This document shows, piece by piece, positions 1 through 9,581 of a stretch of 32,000 nt of DNA. The notes beneath the pieces are model-generated. The model saw nothing but the letters and a program-made list of their open reading frames with translations. It did no database searches and was not told the DNA's origin. The position numbers and the translations under genes were made by a program. The DNA lies in the NCBI RefSeq assembly GCF_000092105.1, contig NC_014148.1:2700001-2732000 (forward strand). The letters are read 5' to 3'. Within the stretch, counting starts at the first letter, position 1; each line of letters opens with the position of its first letter. This DNA comes from Planctopirus limnophila DSM 3776. Its GTDB lineage: Bacteria > Planctomycetota > Planctomycetia > Planctomycetales > Planctomycetaceae.

Positions 1-2199
1 AGGAACCATTAAAGCCGGTGCCAGAGAAGGAGACTGGGCAGGTGCCTGGGCAGGAACCGCTGGCTGCGCATCTTTGGCCGTATCCAGAGGCAAATCCAAA
101 GCTCGTCCAGCAGGTGGAACGACAGGTGACACTGGAATTGCAGGTTGGCCAATTGGAGTTGCTGTATCCGTTGGATTTGCTGAAGTTTTGGCAGCTTCGC
201 TCGCCTTTCGAGCTTCATCTGCGAGTTCGGCAGCCTCTTCGGCCAGATCTTCCAGCTCCCAATCCTCCAGAGCTGGCTCTCCCGGCTTTTTAGGAATCAC
301 ATTCTTTAAGGCCTCCTTAGCAGTCGTTGTGGAGGGAGCCAATGCAGGTGCTTTCTCGATGGCTGCGGCAGGCAAGCTTGGTGGCGGTAAAGCGACTCCC
401 GCGAAGGGATCTGCCACTTCATCTGCCATTGGTGCCGCTGCAGGAGTTGCGACCTGTGATGCCACCGGTGCAGGACTTGCGAGAGTTTTTTCCACTGGCA
501 ACACAGGTGTGTTCGACACAGGCGCGTTCGACAGGGTGGTGCTCTGCGTTGGCACAGCCTGTACAGGAGCAGCTGCGAGAGTTGTCGAATTTACTGGCGC
601 GGCAGAATTGGTTCCTTGAGCAACAGCCGCCGTCTGTGGTGCTGGTTCAGCCCGACGCAAGCCGCGATCCGCCATGGCTTCGGAGACTTCGGTAAACGGA
701 TCTGGGAAATCGTCCAGTCCTGCAGCCACTGCCGGTTGAGCGACTGGTGTTGCTTGAGAAGTTGCCTCGACGGCAGGTGCGACGGGTTTGACGACAGGAA
801 TTGCGGCCTGGTTCACAGGAATCCTGGTCTCTGTCACCACAGGCTGCTGCACCGCTTGTGCTGCGCTGGGAGTGGCTGGAATCCGTCCAGGATTTTGCAC
901 AGTCGGTTCAACAGGGGCTGGTAATGTGCCGAGTGGGACAGGCATTGAAAACACTGGTTCAGCAGCGACTGGCGCATTCTGCACTGGTGGCGTTTGCATT
1001 GGCGGAGTTTGCACCACGACCTGAGGCACTGGCTGTGTAGGAACTGCGGGAATCGCAGGCACAACAGGGATCTTTGCCACAGTAGCCTGTGGCGTGGTGA
1101 TGACTGGTGCCTGGACAGTCACTGGAACTTGAGTTGTGGCTGGTGGCTGAACAGCTGGCACCTGAACAGGGGCCGCGACTGATGCTTGGCGAGGTGCTGG
1201 CGATGGAGGAATCGCATACGAATCCACGGGTGCCATCACCGGTGGCGCAACAGTCTGCGATAACCCTTGCGGAACCGCCAGAATGCTGGAAGCAGCGACA
1301 GGAGCGGGCACTGGAGCAGGGACAGGATTCACCCGGGCAGCCTGTGGTGGAGCTTGCGCCGGAACCTGCCCCAGAGTTTGACTTTGAGGAGCAGGTAATG
1401 GGCGTTGCAATGTCACCACAGGACGAGTTGTGGGAGCCAAAGGTGCTGCTTGAATCTGGGGGGGAGCCATCACGGCAGGCAGTCGGCTCGGTGCTGCAGA
1501 GGGGAGCGGGACTTCATCACTCGTCATCAACTCGGCAGGTGGTACTGACGGAGCCTGATAAGCAGAATAAGAAGGTGTGACTCCCGGAGGTACAGGAGGT
1601 TGTGAGCTGGCAGGCGTGGTTTCTTTTCGACCGGGTGTCAGTCGTTTAAAGAATCGCGAAACAGCATTCCCTGATGGAGCAGGGGCAGGCTGAGCCGTTG
1701 CCGCTGCCTTAGGTGCCACAGCAGGAGTCCCAGAGGGCGGCAGATTTGCTGGAGCCGCTCCTGGAGCATACCAGTTTGTCGCAGGTGCCGCTGGAGCGGG
1801 TTGAGATCCAGCAGGGGCAGCGACGGAACTTCCCGGCGTTTGTCCAGGCCGCTGATAATTCGGGCTGGTTTGCTGGGTAGCTGATTCGAGAGTCATGGCC
1901 GGCATTTCCCGACCACTTTCCCGATAGAGTTTTTCTAACTCTTCCTGAATCGAGTTGTTTCCCACTGGAATGATTTTGGCCGCTTGCGAGGGCTGCTGAA
2001 TCGTCGCCGTCTGCTGCTTTGAGTTGACGTCATCCGATTTGGTCAAAGGCGTTGTTCGAGCCGGCGAACTTTTCTGCCCTTGAGGCAAGAACCCAGGCCT
2101 GATGATCTGTGCATCGGCAGGAGTTGCCGCAGCCAGCATGCCCCCGGCTGCGCATGTCAATAACCAACGATAGTCATTCATCCCTGACGACTTTTTCAT
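1..2199 (-). CDS. Secreted Pro/Ala/Val/Gln-rich low-complexity protein, partial (C-terminus lies beyond the window start)
   Basis: It is not in the supplied ORF track because it has no stop in the window. I read every in-frame triplet of this minus frame from ATG (2199-2197, GAGGAG about 10 nt upstream) to position 1 and found no stop (733 codons). The N-terminus MKKSSGMNDYRWLLTCAAGGMLAAATPADAQ looks like a signal peptide. The rest is coherent PAVQ-rich sequence. The + strand ORFs listed at 18-1580 are antisense shadows. Confidence 0.7.
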   Translation of the reverse strand, partial: MKKSSGMNDYRWLLTCAAGGMLAAATPADAQIIRPGFLPQGQKSSPARTTPLTKSDDVNSKQQTATIQQPSQAAKIIPVGNNSIQEELEKLYRESGREMPAMTLESATQQTSPNYQRPGQTPGSSVAAPAGSQPAPAAPATNWYAPGAAPANLPPSGTPAVAPKAAATAQPAPAPSGNAVSRFFKRLTPGRKETTPASSQPPVPPGVTPSYSAYQAPSVPPAELMTSDEVPLPSAAPSRLPAVMAPPQIQAAPLAPTTRPVVTLQRPLPAPQSQTLGQVPAQAPPQAARVNPVPAPVPAPVAASSILAVPQGLSQTVAPPVMAPVDSYAIPPSPAPRQASVAAPVQVPAVQPPATTQVPVTVQAPVITTPQATVAKIPVVPAIPAVPTQPVPQVVVQTPPMQTPPVQNAPVAAEPVFSMPVPLGTLPAPVEPTVQNPGRIPATPSAAQAVQQPVVTETRIPVNQAAIPVVKPVAPAVEATSQATPVAQPAVAAGLDDFPDPFTEVSEAMADRGLRRAEPAPQTAAVAQGTNSAAPVNSTTLAAAPVQAVPTQSTTLSNAPVSNTPVLPVEKTLASPAPVASQVATPAAAPMADEVADPFAGVALPPPSLPAAAIEKAPALAPSTTTAKEALKNVIPKKPGEPALEDWELEDLAEEAAELADEARKASEAAKTSANPTDTATPIGQPAIPVSPVVPPAGRALDLPLDTAKDAQPAVPAQAPAQSPSLAPALMVP

Positions 2200-2700
2200 T
2201 GCAGAAGCACTCCTCGCGACAGACCAGGCAGATTGACCATTTTGGCGTCGTGCAGGTGCTCAACACCTGGCACCCGAGCTGTCAATTCAGTTCCATTCGG
2301 CAATCGTCCACACATCTGGCCCTGGACAATGCTGCTCACTGTTCTGGATCGTCATTCCGAGTAAACCGAATTTCACGGTTCTGCGGGCGTCACGAGCGAT
2401 TCAGGTGGCACTTTGGCTAAAGTCGTTATACGACGAACAATCCTTACTCTTTGCCTGATCGTTAAAATTTGACAGTGTCCAGGCTTTATTTGCAGAATTT
2501 GCCACACAGCAGACGGCAATTCCTGTCCAGTGAGGATCGATCAGAAGGACTCATGAATGGGCACCGGAGACGCCTGAGACAGATTGGGACGGAATGTTGA
2601 ATGTTTCGCGAAGCTGAACAAGTGATACTGGCAATTCCACTGCAGGAACTGGAAATTACAAGGGAACCGAGTTGCCGATCACGGGGCCGATTTCAATGCG

Positions 2701-4383
2701 ATGAGACAACTGATGCCGAGCTGGAATCGTTCACAGAATCCTCCCGATGTCCTTCCTCCATCGATCATCATGGGGTTAGTCATCGCCTGCGCACTCCCTT
2801 TGGTGACCAATCTCTTCGGTATTCGCTGGGGCATCAATCCGGTTGACGCAGGGCCGGCCCTTCAGCAGGTTCGTGGCGAGATCATTGTCACACTGCTCTC
2901 ATGGACAGCTGCTTGTACCGGTGTTGTGACAGCCGTCAGCGCGTTTTCCATGTTTCGTCTCCGGGGAGATGTCACCACACCCATTCTTGGGACAGCACTG
3001 TTGTTCTGCGGTTTGATGGATGCTGCCAACGCACTGGCGATCAATGGAATCCTGGTCTCGGCTTCAGATCCCTCACGATTTGCTGACTTTACTGATGCCA
3101 TGACGCGCCTGACCTATGCCTTGATCATTACTTTAGGGACTGCTCCATTCGCCCTGGGGTTCATCACACCCGAATGGAGTGGATCCAGGAATAACCGCAA
3201 CGCAGGTTTTCTGATTTGTGCCGCGATCGTGTTCGGACTCGGTGCATTCTCGATTGTCGAACTCTGTGCCTGGATTCCGGAGTTGCCCAAAACAGTGTTC
3301 CCTGCATCTTCGATCCCCAGGCCTCTCGATGCGTTCACATTGATCATTTACCTCATCACTGGAATATTTTTTCTACCACGTTTTTACAAGCAGTATCCCA
3401 GCCTGTTCTCACATGGTCTGCTGCTGAGCGTGATCCCCCATATTCTACTGCAAATGTATATGGCCTTTGGATCTCGCCGGTTCGACGACAATGCGGCAGT
3501 CATCGCTCATTATCTGAAGATCGTCGGCTATCTCGTCCCATTTATTGGTCTGCTCTGCGATTACTCTCGTGTCTCGCAGGTCGAAGCCAAAATGTTGAGT
3601 ACCGAAGCCCAACTTCAATTGGCTCGCCAATTGCAGCAGGCACTTCTTCCCAGAGAAGCACCAGTCATCAAGAACTATCAGGTGGCAGGTTTTTCAATCC
3701 CAGCAGAAGCTGTGGGAGGAGATTACTTCGACTATCTGGTTTATAACGATGGATCGATTGGCCTGGTGATTGCCGATGTCAGTGGTCACGACCTGGGTGC
3801 TTCGATCCTCATGTCTCAGACGCGTGCATTTCTACGTGCTGATCTGAGTGTGGGTCACGATCCAGCGATCATTGCCGAACGTCTCAATCGATTTCTCTGC
3901 GATGGAGATATTCTCGGCCACAGGTTTGTCAGTCTGTTTTTTGCTCGACTGATTCCCGAAGAACACGAATTGCGTTACATCGCTGCAGGTCAACCGGGCG
4001 TTGTTCTATTCCCCGATGGTGGAACTCAAGCCCTGTCACCCACTGGCCCCGTGCTGGGGTTTGATCCTCATTGTCAGTTCGTTCAAGAACAAACGAAATT
4101 GCCGCCCGGCAGTCTGCTGCTCCTTTACACGGATGGCATCACTGAAACGACAGATACCTCGGGACTTGCTCTGGGGACACAGCCTCTGTACGAGTTACTG
4201 CATGCCGGGCAAGGCCAGTCGGCTGAACACCTCACGAGTGTGATCAAAACGGCTGTCCTGAGGCATGCCGGCGAACGCGGCCCGGTGGATGACCTGACCT
4301 GTCTTTTGCTGAAGCGATCTCCGCAGGAAGCGAGTATACCGCTGAATATCGGAGCATCTCTCGCGCATGCCACGAAAGGCTAA
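2701..4383 (+). CDS. Membrane-anchored SpoIIE/PP2C-family protein phosphatase (RsbU-like)
   Basis: 560-aa ORF with ATG at 2701. The N-terminal half has multiple hydrophobic helices. The C-terminal half has SpoIIE/PPM motifs GGDYFDY, ADVSGHDLGAS, LYTDGITE and DDLT. Confidence 0.9.
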   Translation: MRQLMPSWNRSQNPPDVLPPSIIMGLVIACALPLVTNLFGIRWGINPVDAGPALQQVRGEIIVTLLSWTAACTGVVTAVSAFSMFRLRGDVTTPILGTALLFCGLMDAANALAINGILVSASDPSRFADFTDAMTRLTYALIITLGTAPFALGFITPEWSGSRNNRNAGFLICAAIVFGLGAFSIVELCAWIPELPKTVFPASSIPRPLDAFTLIIYLITGIFFLPRFYKQYPSLFSHGLLLSVIPHILLQMYMAFGSRRFDDNAAVIAHYLKIVGYLVPFIGLLCDYSRVSQVEAKMLSTEAQLQLARQLQQALLPREAPVIKNYQVAGFSIPAEAVGGDYFDYLVYNDGSIGLVIADVSGHDLGASILMSQTRAFLRADLSVGHDPAIIAERLNRFLCDGDILGHRFVSLFFARLIPEEHELRYIAAGQPGVVLFPDGGTQALSPTGPVLGFDPHCQFVQEQTKLPPGSLLLLYTDGITETTDTSGLALGTQPLYELLHAGQGQSAEHLTSVIKTAVLRHAGERGPVDDLTCLLLKRSPQEASIPLNIGASLAHATKG

Positions 4384-4462
4384 CGCTCGATTGTCATAGA
4401 GAGTTACGATTCAAGACAACGGATACACAGGCTCCGCCAATCTGGCGTGAAATCAGGTGTGA

Positions 4463-5896
4463 TCAACTGGCAGCACGAGTCTGATCACCGTTGAGCTTGT
4501 TGTATAACGTCTTAAGAGCTATGCCCAACTCGGCAGCCACCTTGACTTTGTCACCTTTGTGCTTCTCCAGAACCTGATAGATGACTTCCATTTCAATCTC
4601 CCGCAAGGTCTTGGGAGAACCGCTGGAAAACGCAGCTTCTACTGCCTTATTGCCAGTCAGAACGGCAGATCGCTGACGGGTGATCGCGCCGGGAAGATGC
4701 TCGGGAAGGATCACTCCACCGTCAGCCAGAATCACCGCATGCTCCAATGCATTGGCGAGTTCACGAATGTTTCCACTCCAGTCGTGTGATTGCAATGCTT
4801 CGATCGTCTCTGGTGCCAGAATCTCGGGTGGCACGTCACGCCGTTTGAGATGTCTGGCAATCAGATTGCGAGACACATCTGGAAGATCTTCTTTCCGTTC
4901 GCGCAGCGGAGGGAGCCGAATCTCGAACGTATTCACACGAAAGAACAAATCTTCCCGAAAAGCTCCTTCGCGAACCATCGATTCGAGGTCACGATTTGTT
5001 GCACAGACGATGCGAACATCCACATGAAAAGCTTCGTTCTCACCCACACGACGAACTTCACCAGACTCTAAAAATCTCAGCAGCTTGACCTGCATCGACT
5101 TATCGAGTTCTCCCAGTTCATCCAGGAAGAGCGTCCCTCCGTTCGCCACCTCGATGAGTCCTTTCCGAGGTGTATCCGCCCCGGTGAAGGCACCTTTCCG
5201 GTGGCCGAACAGTTCGCTCTCCACCAGGTTATCCGGGAGCGCTCCACAATTCACAGCCACAAACGGCATCTGAGCACGATGGCTTAACTCATGCACCCGA
5301 CGAGCCACCAGTTCCTTGCCAGTCCCGGTCTCACCCAGAATTAACACAGCCGAATCTGTCGGAGCAATCTTTTCGATCATCCGTTTGACACGCTGCATCG
5401 ATGGCGTTTTGCCAATGATATCTGGTGCTCCTTCGACCGCCTTCAATCGCGTTTCCAGAGCAATCGCTTTATTGGTGAGAGTCCGTTTTTCAGCAACTCT
5501 TTTTAATGCAGCAGAAATCTCAAACAGCTTGCAGGGCTTGGGCAGAAAATCGTAAGCCCCCTTGCGAACAGCCTGAATGGCCGCCTCAAGATCACCATGA
5601 CCCGTACTGATAATCACTTCAGTTTCCGGAGAAACTTTTTTGATGTGATCAATCACATCCCAGCCACTGATCCCTGGCATCCGCAGATCCACAATCGCAG
5701 CATCGAAGGTATGATTCTCCAGCACCTTGAGTGCGGATTCACCATCTTCGCAAAATGTGACATCGTGCCCCATGCGTGGCAATTCGATCTTCATCACACT
5801 GCGGATAGCCGCCTCATCATCCACGAACAGCACACGCAGTTTGTTTGATGTCATCGTACCCAACGGGCTTTCTCCTTGCCCTTCCAGAGGCATCAT
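4463..5896 (-). CDS. Sigma54-dependent Fis-family response regulator (NtrC/AtoC type)
   Basis: Receiver domain (LRVLFVDDE, DLRMPG). AAA+ sigma54-interaction core (GETGTGKE, GAFTGA, LFLDELGEL, CATNRDL). C-terminal Fis-type HTH (AAELGIALKTLYNKL). ATG at 5854 is an alternative start. Confidence 0.95.
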   Translation of the reverse strand: MMPLEGQGESPLGTMTSNKLRVLFVDDEAAIRSVMKIELPRMGHDVTFCEDGESALKVLENHTFDAAIVDLRMPGISGWDVIDHIKKVSPETEVIISTGHGDLEAAIQAVRKGAYDFLPKPCKLFEISAALKRVAEKRTLTNKAIALETRLKAVEGAPDIIGKTPSMQRVKRMIEKIAPTDSAVLILGETGTGKELVARRVHELSHRAQMPFVAVNCGALPDNLVESELFGHRKGAFTGADTPRKGLIEVANGGTLFLDELGELDKSMQVKLLRFLESGEVRRVGENEAFHVDVRIVCATNRDLESMVREGAFREDLFFRVNTFEIRLPPLRERKEDLPDVSRNLIARHLKRRDVPPEILAPETIEALQSHDWSGNIRELANALEHAVILADGGVILPEHLPGAITRQRSAVLTGNKAVEAAFSSGSPKTLREIEMEVIYQVLEKHKGDKVKVAAELGIALKTLYNKLNGDQTRAAS

Positions 5897-6001
5897 GCCT
5901 CAGGGCCTGATCAGGCTGATTTGGCAAATTGTTACATCGGCTTGTTAACAGAAGACACAAATCCCGGCAATGCCGCCTTCATCGATTACTGGGGCTTTTC
6001 A

Positions 6002-7621
6002 TCATGCCGCCATCGACTGGACAGCTCTTTTGGGAAGATGAACACGGAAGGTACTTCCACAGCCAGGACCATCACTGTGAGCCTCAATTCGCCCGCCATG
6101 ATCAACGACAATCCGGTGGCTGATCGACAGCCCCAGACCAGTCCCACGCCCTGATTTTCTTTCTGTAAAAAAGGGCTCAAACAGATTCTCCAGGACGCGG
6201 GCCGACATGCCGCAACCGGTATCTTTAAAAGCCAGACAAACCTCATCAGAAAGCTCTTTGATTTCCACACTGAGCTTCCCACCAGATGCGCCCATCGATT
6301 CCAGGGCATTTGCCACAAGATTCAGAACCACCTGCTTGATTTCCGCACCATTAACTTCAGCGAAGACCGATTCCACAGGACGGCAATCAATCGTATGTCC
6401 CGAGAAACGCCCCATGTGACCCACCATCTGCACGACGTCCTGAACGATCTTCGTCAGATCCTGCCGACCGCGAGGAGCGTCCTGCCCGCGTGCAAAAGTC
6501 AATAATCTTGAAGTGATTTCTTCGCATCGACCCGCCTCGGACTGAATCATCTCCAGATACTGCCTCGCGACTTCTGCATCTTCCGCAGAGATCAACAATG
6601 GTTCGCCATTGGAACCCGCTACTCGAGATGCCAGCGATTCGGAAGCCATCGAGATGGCCGAAAGCGGATTATTGATTTCATGAGCCACTCCAGCCGCCAG
6701 AAAACCGACACCCGCCAGACGCTCCGAGCGAACCAGTTGTCTCGATCGCTCATTCACCTGTTTGTCGAGGTCAGCTTTAATCTCACAAAATCGCTCGGTC
6801 ATGGCATTGAATGCCTGTGCCAGATCGACAATCTCATCCTGCCCGTCGAGTTTGACTCGCACGCTGAAATCACCGCGAGCAACTTTCATCGCCTTTCGGT
6901 GCAGTTCTTTTATGGGCAGGAAGATCCAGCGAATCATCAGGTGCATCACCATGAAAATTGCGACGACGGCACACAGGGCAACGACCAGCAAAATCCAGAA
7001 GAAGACCTGATAAGTCGATTGCGAATCCTGCCAGAGCTTCTGCAACCCCTCAATCGGATTGGGAAGACTGACTGCACTCTTCTGCAAAGAAGCCAGCGAC
7101 CCAGTAATTTCCTGCTGGGCGACAAAAGCAATCTGCTGACTCTCAAGAGCTGGCAGCTTATCTTTCATGCGGGCAATATCCGCATCCATTTTCTGGAGAA
7201 TGGCAAAGGCAACTGCACTTTGCTCGCGGTTCTCGGGAGAATTCGGCAGCTTCGCCTGCTGCAAGCGGTAGTCAGCCATGGCCGATTCCAGATCGGCCAA
7301 ATGCCTCGAAAGCGTGAATGCGTCTCGCCTCAGAGTGGGGTCCATCAATCTCGAAGTTGCCGCGAGGACTTCGTAGCGACGAGGACTCGACCTCAGATTT
7401 TTTTCGATCTCATGAACCATACTTCCATAAGACCACAGGCCCAGAAATCCGGCTCCAAACAAAGCGGTGAGCAGCCCTCCCGAGATGAAGAGCACAATAC
7501 ACAGTTTGCGACGAATGGAACGCGTTAAAAACACCCGGCCTCCTTGCCGTAAACCTGCCATTCCATCAAGCCCGGGATTCAACTGCCCTGACTCTCTCGC
7601 AGCAACCAGCTTCTGTGCCAA
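6002..7621 (-). CDS. HAMP-domain sensor histidine kinase (partner of the sigma54 regulator)
   Basis: Two hydrophobic segments flank a roughly 170-aa extracytoplasmic region. HAMP segment (DEIVDLAQAFNAM), H-box AHEINNPLSAI, and ATPase boxes LNLVANALESM, DTGCGM, GTGLGLSIS. The track start at 7621 is TTG. ATG at 7561 is an alternative. Confidence 0.95.
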   Translation of the reverse strand: MAQKLVAARESGQLNPGLDGMAGLRQGGRVFLTRSIRRKLCIVLFISGGLLTALFGAGFLGLWSYGSMVHEIEKNLRSSPRRYEVLAATSRLMDPTLRRDAFTLSRHLADLESAMADYRLQQAKLPNSPENREQSAVAFAILQKMDADIARMKDKLPALESQQIAFVAQQEITGSLASLQKSAVSLPNPIEGLQKLWQDSQSTYQVFFWILLVVALCAVVAIFMVMHLMIRWIFLPIKELHRKAMKVARGDFSVRVKLDGQDEIVDLAQAFNAMTERFCEIKADLDKQVNERSRQLVRSERLAGVGFLAAGVAHEINNPLSAISMASESLASRVAGSNGEPLLISAEDAEVARQYLEMIQSEAGRCEEITSRLLTFARGQDAPRGRQDLTKIVQDVVQMVGHMGRFSGHTIDCRPVESVFAEVNGAEIKQVVLNLVANALESMGASGGKLSVEIKELSDEVCLAFKDTGCGMSARVLENLFEPFFTERKSGRGTGLGLSISHRIVVDHGGRIEAHSDGPGCGSTFRVHLPKRAVQSMAA

Positions 7622-7813
7622 TCACTGATGAGCTTTCATGGATTTGAAAAGATTACAAGGTGATGACCAACTCCAGCAAGACCGATTTCCGGAAGAAATC
7701 ATCTCGCCTGTCGAATTCTTACGACCCGCGATTGTTACACAGTCAACCGCCGGTAAGGATCCGTTTGCTGAATCACAAGGACGAGAACCAATCAGCCGCT
7801 GCTCATCAGTGAT
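7621..7813. repeat. Perfect 13-bp inverted repeat (atcactgatgagc at 7621-7633 / gctcatcagtgat at 7801-7813) bracketing the phosphatase-kinase intergenic region
   Basis: Read directly from the sequence. The arms are exact reverse complements and do not extend in either direction. Confidence 0.8.
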
Positions 7814-7835
7814 CACTCGGTAGTATCACCCAAGA

Positions 7836-9266
7836 TCAACTGCCTGAAGTGTCATTCGGTTTGCGTACCGGCCCCCAGCGAGACTCACGTTTCAGCCGCC
7901 GCCGCTGTGCCTGAACGCCACTCATCAGCATGCCGATCACTTTCGTCAGATCCCGAAATGCCCGACTGAGACGTTTCTCCATCGTGGCGAGGGTGAATTT
8001 CTGCATGAGATCATCATGTTCAGCCCAATCAATGGACCACTCTTCTTCCCGGGCCGCCTTCTGCAATTCAGCATGCAACCTGGCCAGCCGATCGATGAGT
8101 TCCGGTGTCGCGCGAGCCGATGCTGTTCGATAAGGCCGCCAGAGCACAGTCGCCATCGAATCGGCCTCAACCCCCGCTTTATCAGTTGGGCTCACATGGT
8201 TTTTACGAAAGATCCAACCAACAGCAAGGAGAAAGACAGATAATCCAATCAACGCTAAACCTGCGGCACGCCAATCAGGCCCATTGATCACCAGACTCAT
8301 TCCAAAACCACATGAGACCACCATGGCAATGACCCATGCCAGACGGGCGAATGAGCGTCCATCAATCTCGCGAGACTCACTCTCAGGAATTCCATCGAGA
8401 GAGACCCCTTCAGGCATGGCTCCCAGGCGAACTGCGATCACCGTAATGTTATCGATACCACCTCTCAAATTGGCGAGATTGACAAGAAATCGACAGGCAT
8501 CCGCAGGAGCCAGTTCCCGCACAGCCACGCCAATCTCCTGGTCACTTACCAGGTTCGTCAAACCATCAGAGCACAGGACATACACATCACCAGAAAGTGC
8601 AGGGAAGGGCCCTTCCATATCGACATTGACTGTGGGTTCGACACCCAAAGATCGGGTAATAATGTTTTTCGGAACGATTGAACTTGCATCTTTGGGATGC
8701 ACGCGACGCTGCTGAATCATTTCCCAGACAAGACTGTGATCTGCCGTCAGTTGATCAATCTGACTGCCTCTTACCCGATATGCCCGGCTATCCCCCACAT
8801 GACCAATCAGCACACCAGTACTTCCCAGTGTGAGCGCCGTACAGGTGGTTCCCATTCTTTCAAATTCGCGATTCTGCGTGCCACGCTCATTGATCACTCG
8901 ATTGCCATCAACGATGGCATTGAGGAGGGCTGTTTTCACATCCTGTTCAAGAGATTTCTGGAAAGCATGCGGAATCGTATCCACCGCCAGCTTACTGGCT
9001 AACTCTCCGACAGCATGACCACCCATACCATCACAAACGACAAACAAATGGCCGCGACGAACCCAGTCTTCGCGGTCTTTACAAATGTGAACCGCAAAGG
9101 AATCCTGATTATTCTGACGCCTGAATCCAATATCACTCAGACTGGCGAACTGAACGGACTGCTCAAAGAGCATGCCCTGCTTCCTGAAATTAAAAAATGA
9201 TCTCCACCTGCTGGATTTAACGAACGCCAGCTCGTTTAGACTATTATTTGTAACAGCAAGAATCAC
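7836..9266 (-). CDS. PP2C (PPM) family Ser/Thr protein phosphatase with C-terminal membrane anchor
   Basis: PPM motifs RRQNNQDS, VCDGMGGHAVGE, GDSRAY, LCSDGLTN and DNITVI, followed by two hydrophobic helices and a roughly 130-aa tail. ATG at 9173, preceded by AGGAAG, is a more likely start than 9266. Confidence 0.9.
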   Translation of the reverse strand: MILAVTNNSLNELAFVKSSRWRSFFNFRKQGMLFEQSVQFASLSDIGFRRQNNQDSFAVHICKDREDWVRRGHLFVVCDGMGGHAVGELASKLAVDTIPHAFQKSLEQDVKTALLNAIVDGNRVINERGTQNREFERMGTTCTALTLGSTGVLIGHVGDSRAYRVRGSQIDQLTADHSLVWEMIQQRRVHPKDASSIVPKNIITRSLGVEPTVNVDMEGPFPALSGDVYVLCSDGLTNLVSDQEIGVAVRELAPADACRFLVNLANLRGGIDNITVIAVRLGAMPEGVSLDGIPESESREIDGRSFARLAWVIAMVVSCGFGMSLVINGPDWRAAGLALIGLSVFLLAVGWIFRKNHVSPTDKAGVEADSMATVLWRPYRTASARATPELIDRLARLHAELQKAAREEEWSIDWAEHDDLMQKFTLATMEKRLSRAFRDLTKVIGMLMSGVQAQRRRLKRESRWGPVRKPNDTSGS

Positions 9267-9581
9267 CGCAGGTAAAGCTGTGAGTTCGTCAATTTCCTGG
9301 AGTTTCAGGTTGTAAGCATTGTACCGACAATTTCCAGAGGCCCATCAGTGCGTCACCGGCATGATGCGAGCGACGTGGCAGCGCCATGACACAACCTTCA
9401 AGTTCACAACCAATCAGGCAGAAAATGCCGTTACATAAACCTGAAATCGCATCGGTCGGGTGACTTTCACTTGATGGGACAGGCGAACTTCTGATATGAC
9501 CAAACTCCGCTTGTCTCTCCCTGGGCTTCTCCCCGCCTCTCCTCTCCTGGCCTCGATCTTCTCGTAACTCCCCTGTGCTGA

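Noticed and set aside
18-1580. Several + strand ORFs of 60-180 aa (for example 74-619, 327-695, 1107-1580) with Ala/Gly/Ser/Arg-rich translations.
   Set aside because: They overlap each other in different frames and lie antisense to a continuous 733-codon minus-strand frame with a proper start, SD and signal peptide. They are typical shadow ORFs of GC-biased coding sequence.
2268-2284. Sigma54 promoter-like TGGCAC-ccgag-CTGTC upstream of the SpoIIE-type phosphatase gene. Similar TGGCA strings occur at 2405-2420, 9375-9390 and 19490-19508.
   Set aside because: The -12 element lacks the conserved GC at the required spacing in every case, and the 2268 site is more than 400 nt from the nearest start codon.
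6680-7528. 282-aa + strand ORF.
   Set aside because: It lies entirely antisense within the histidine kinase gene, which has unmistakable HAMP/HisKA/HATPase motifs. The translation is low-complexity with no motifs.
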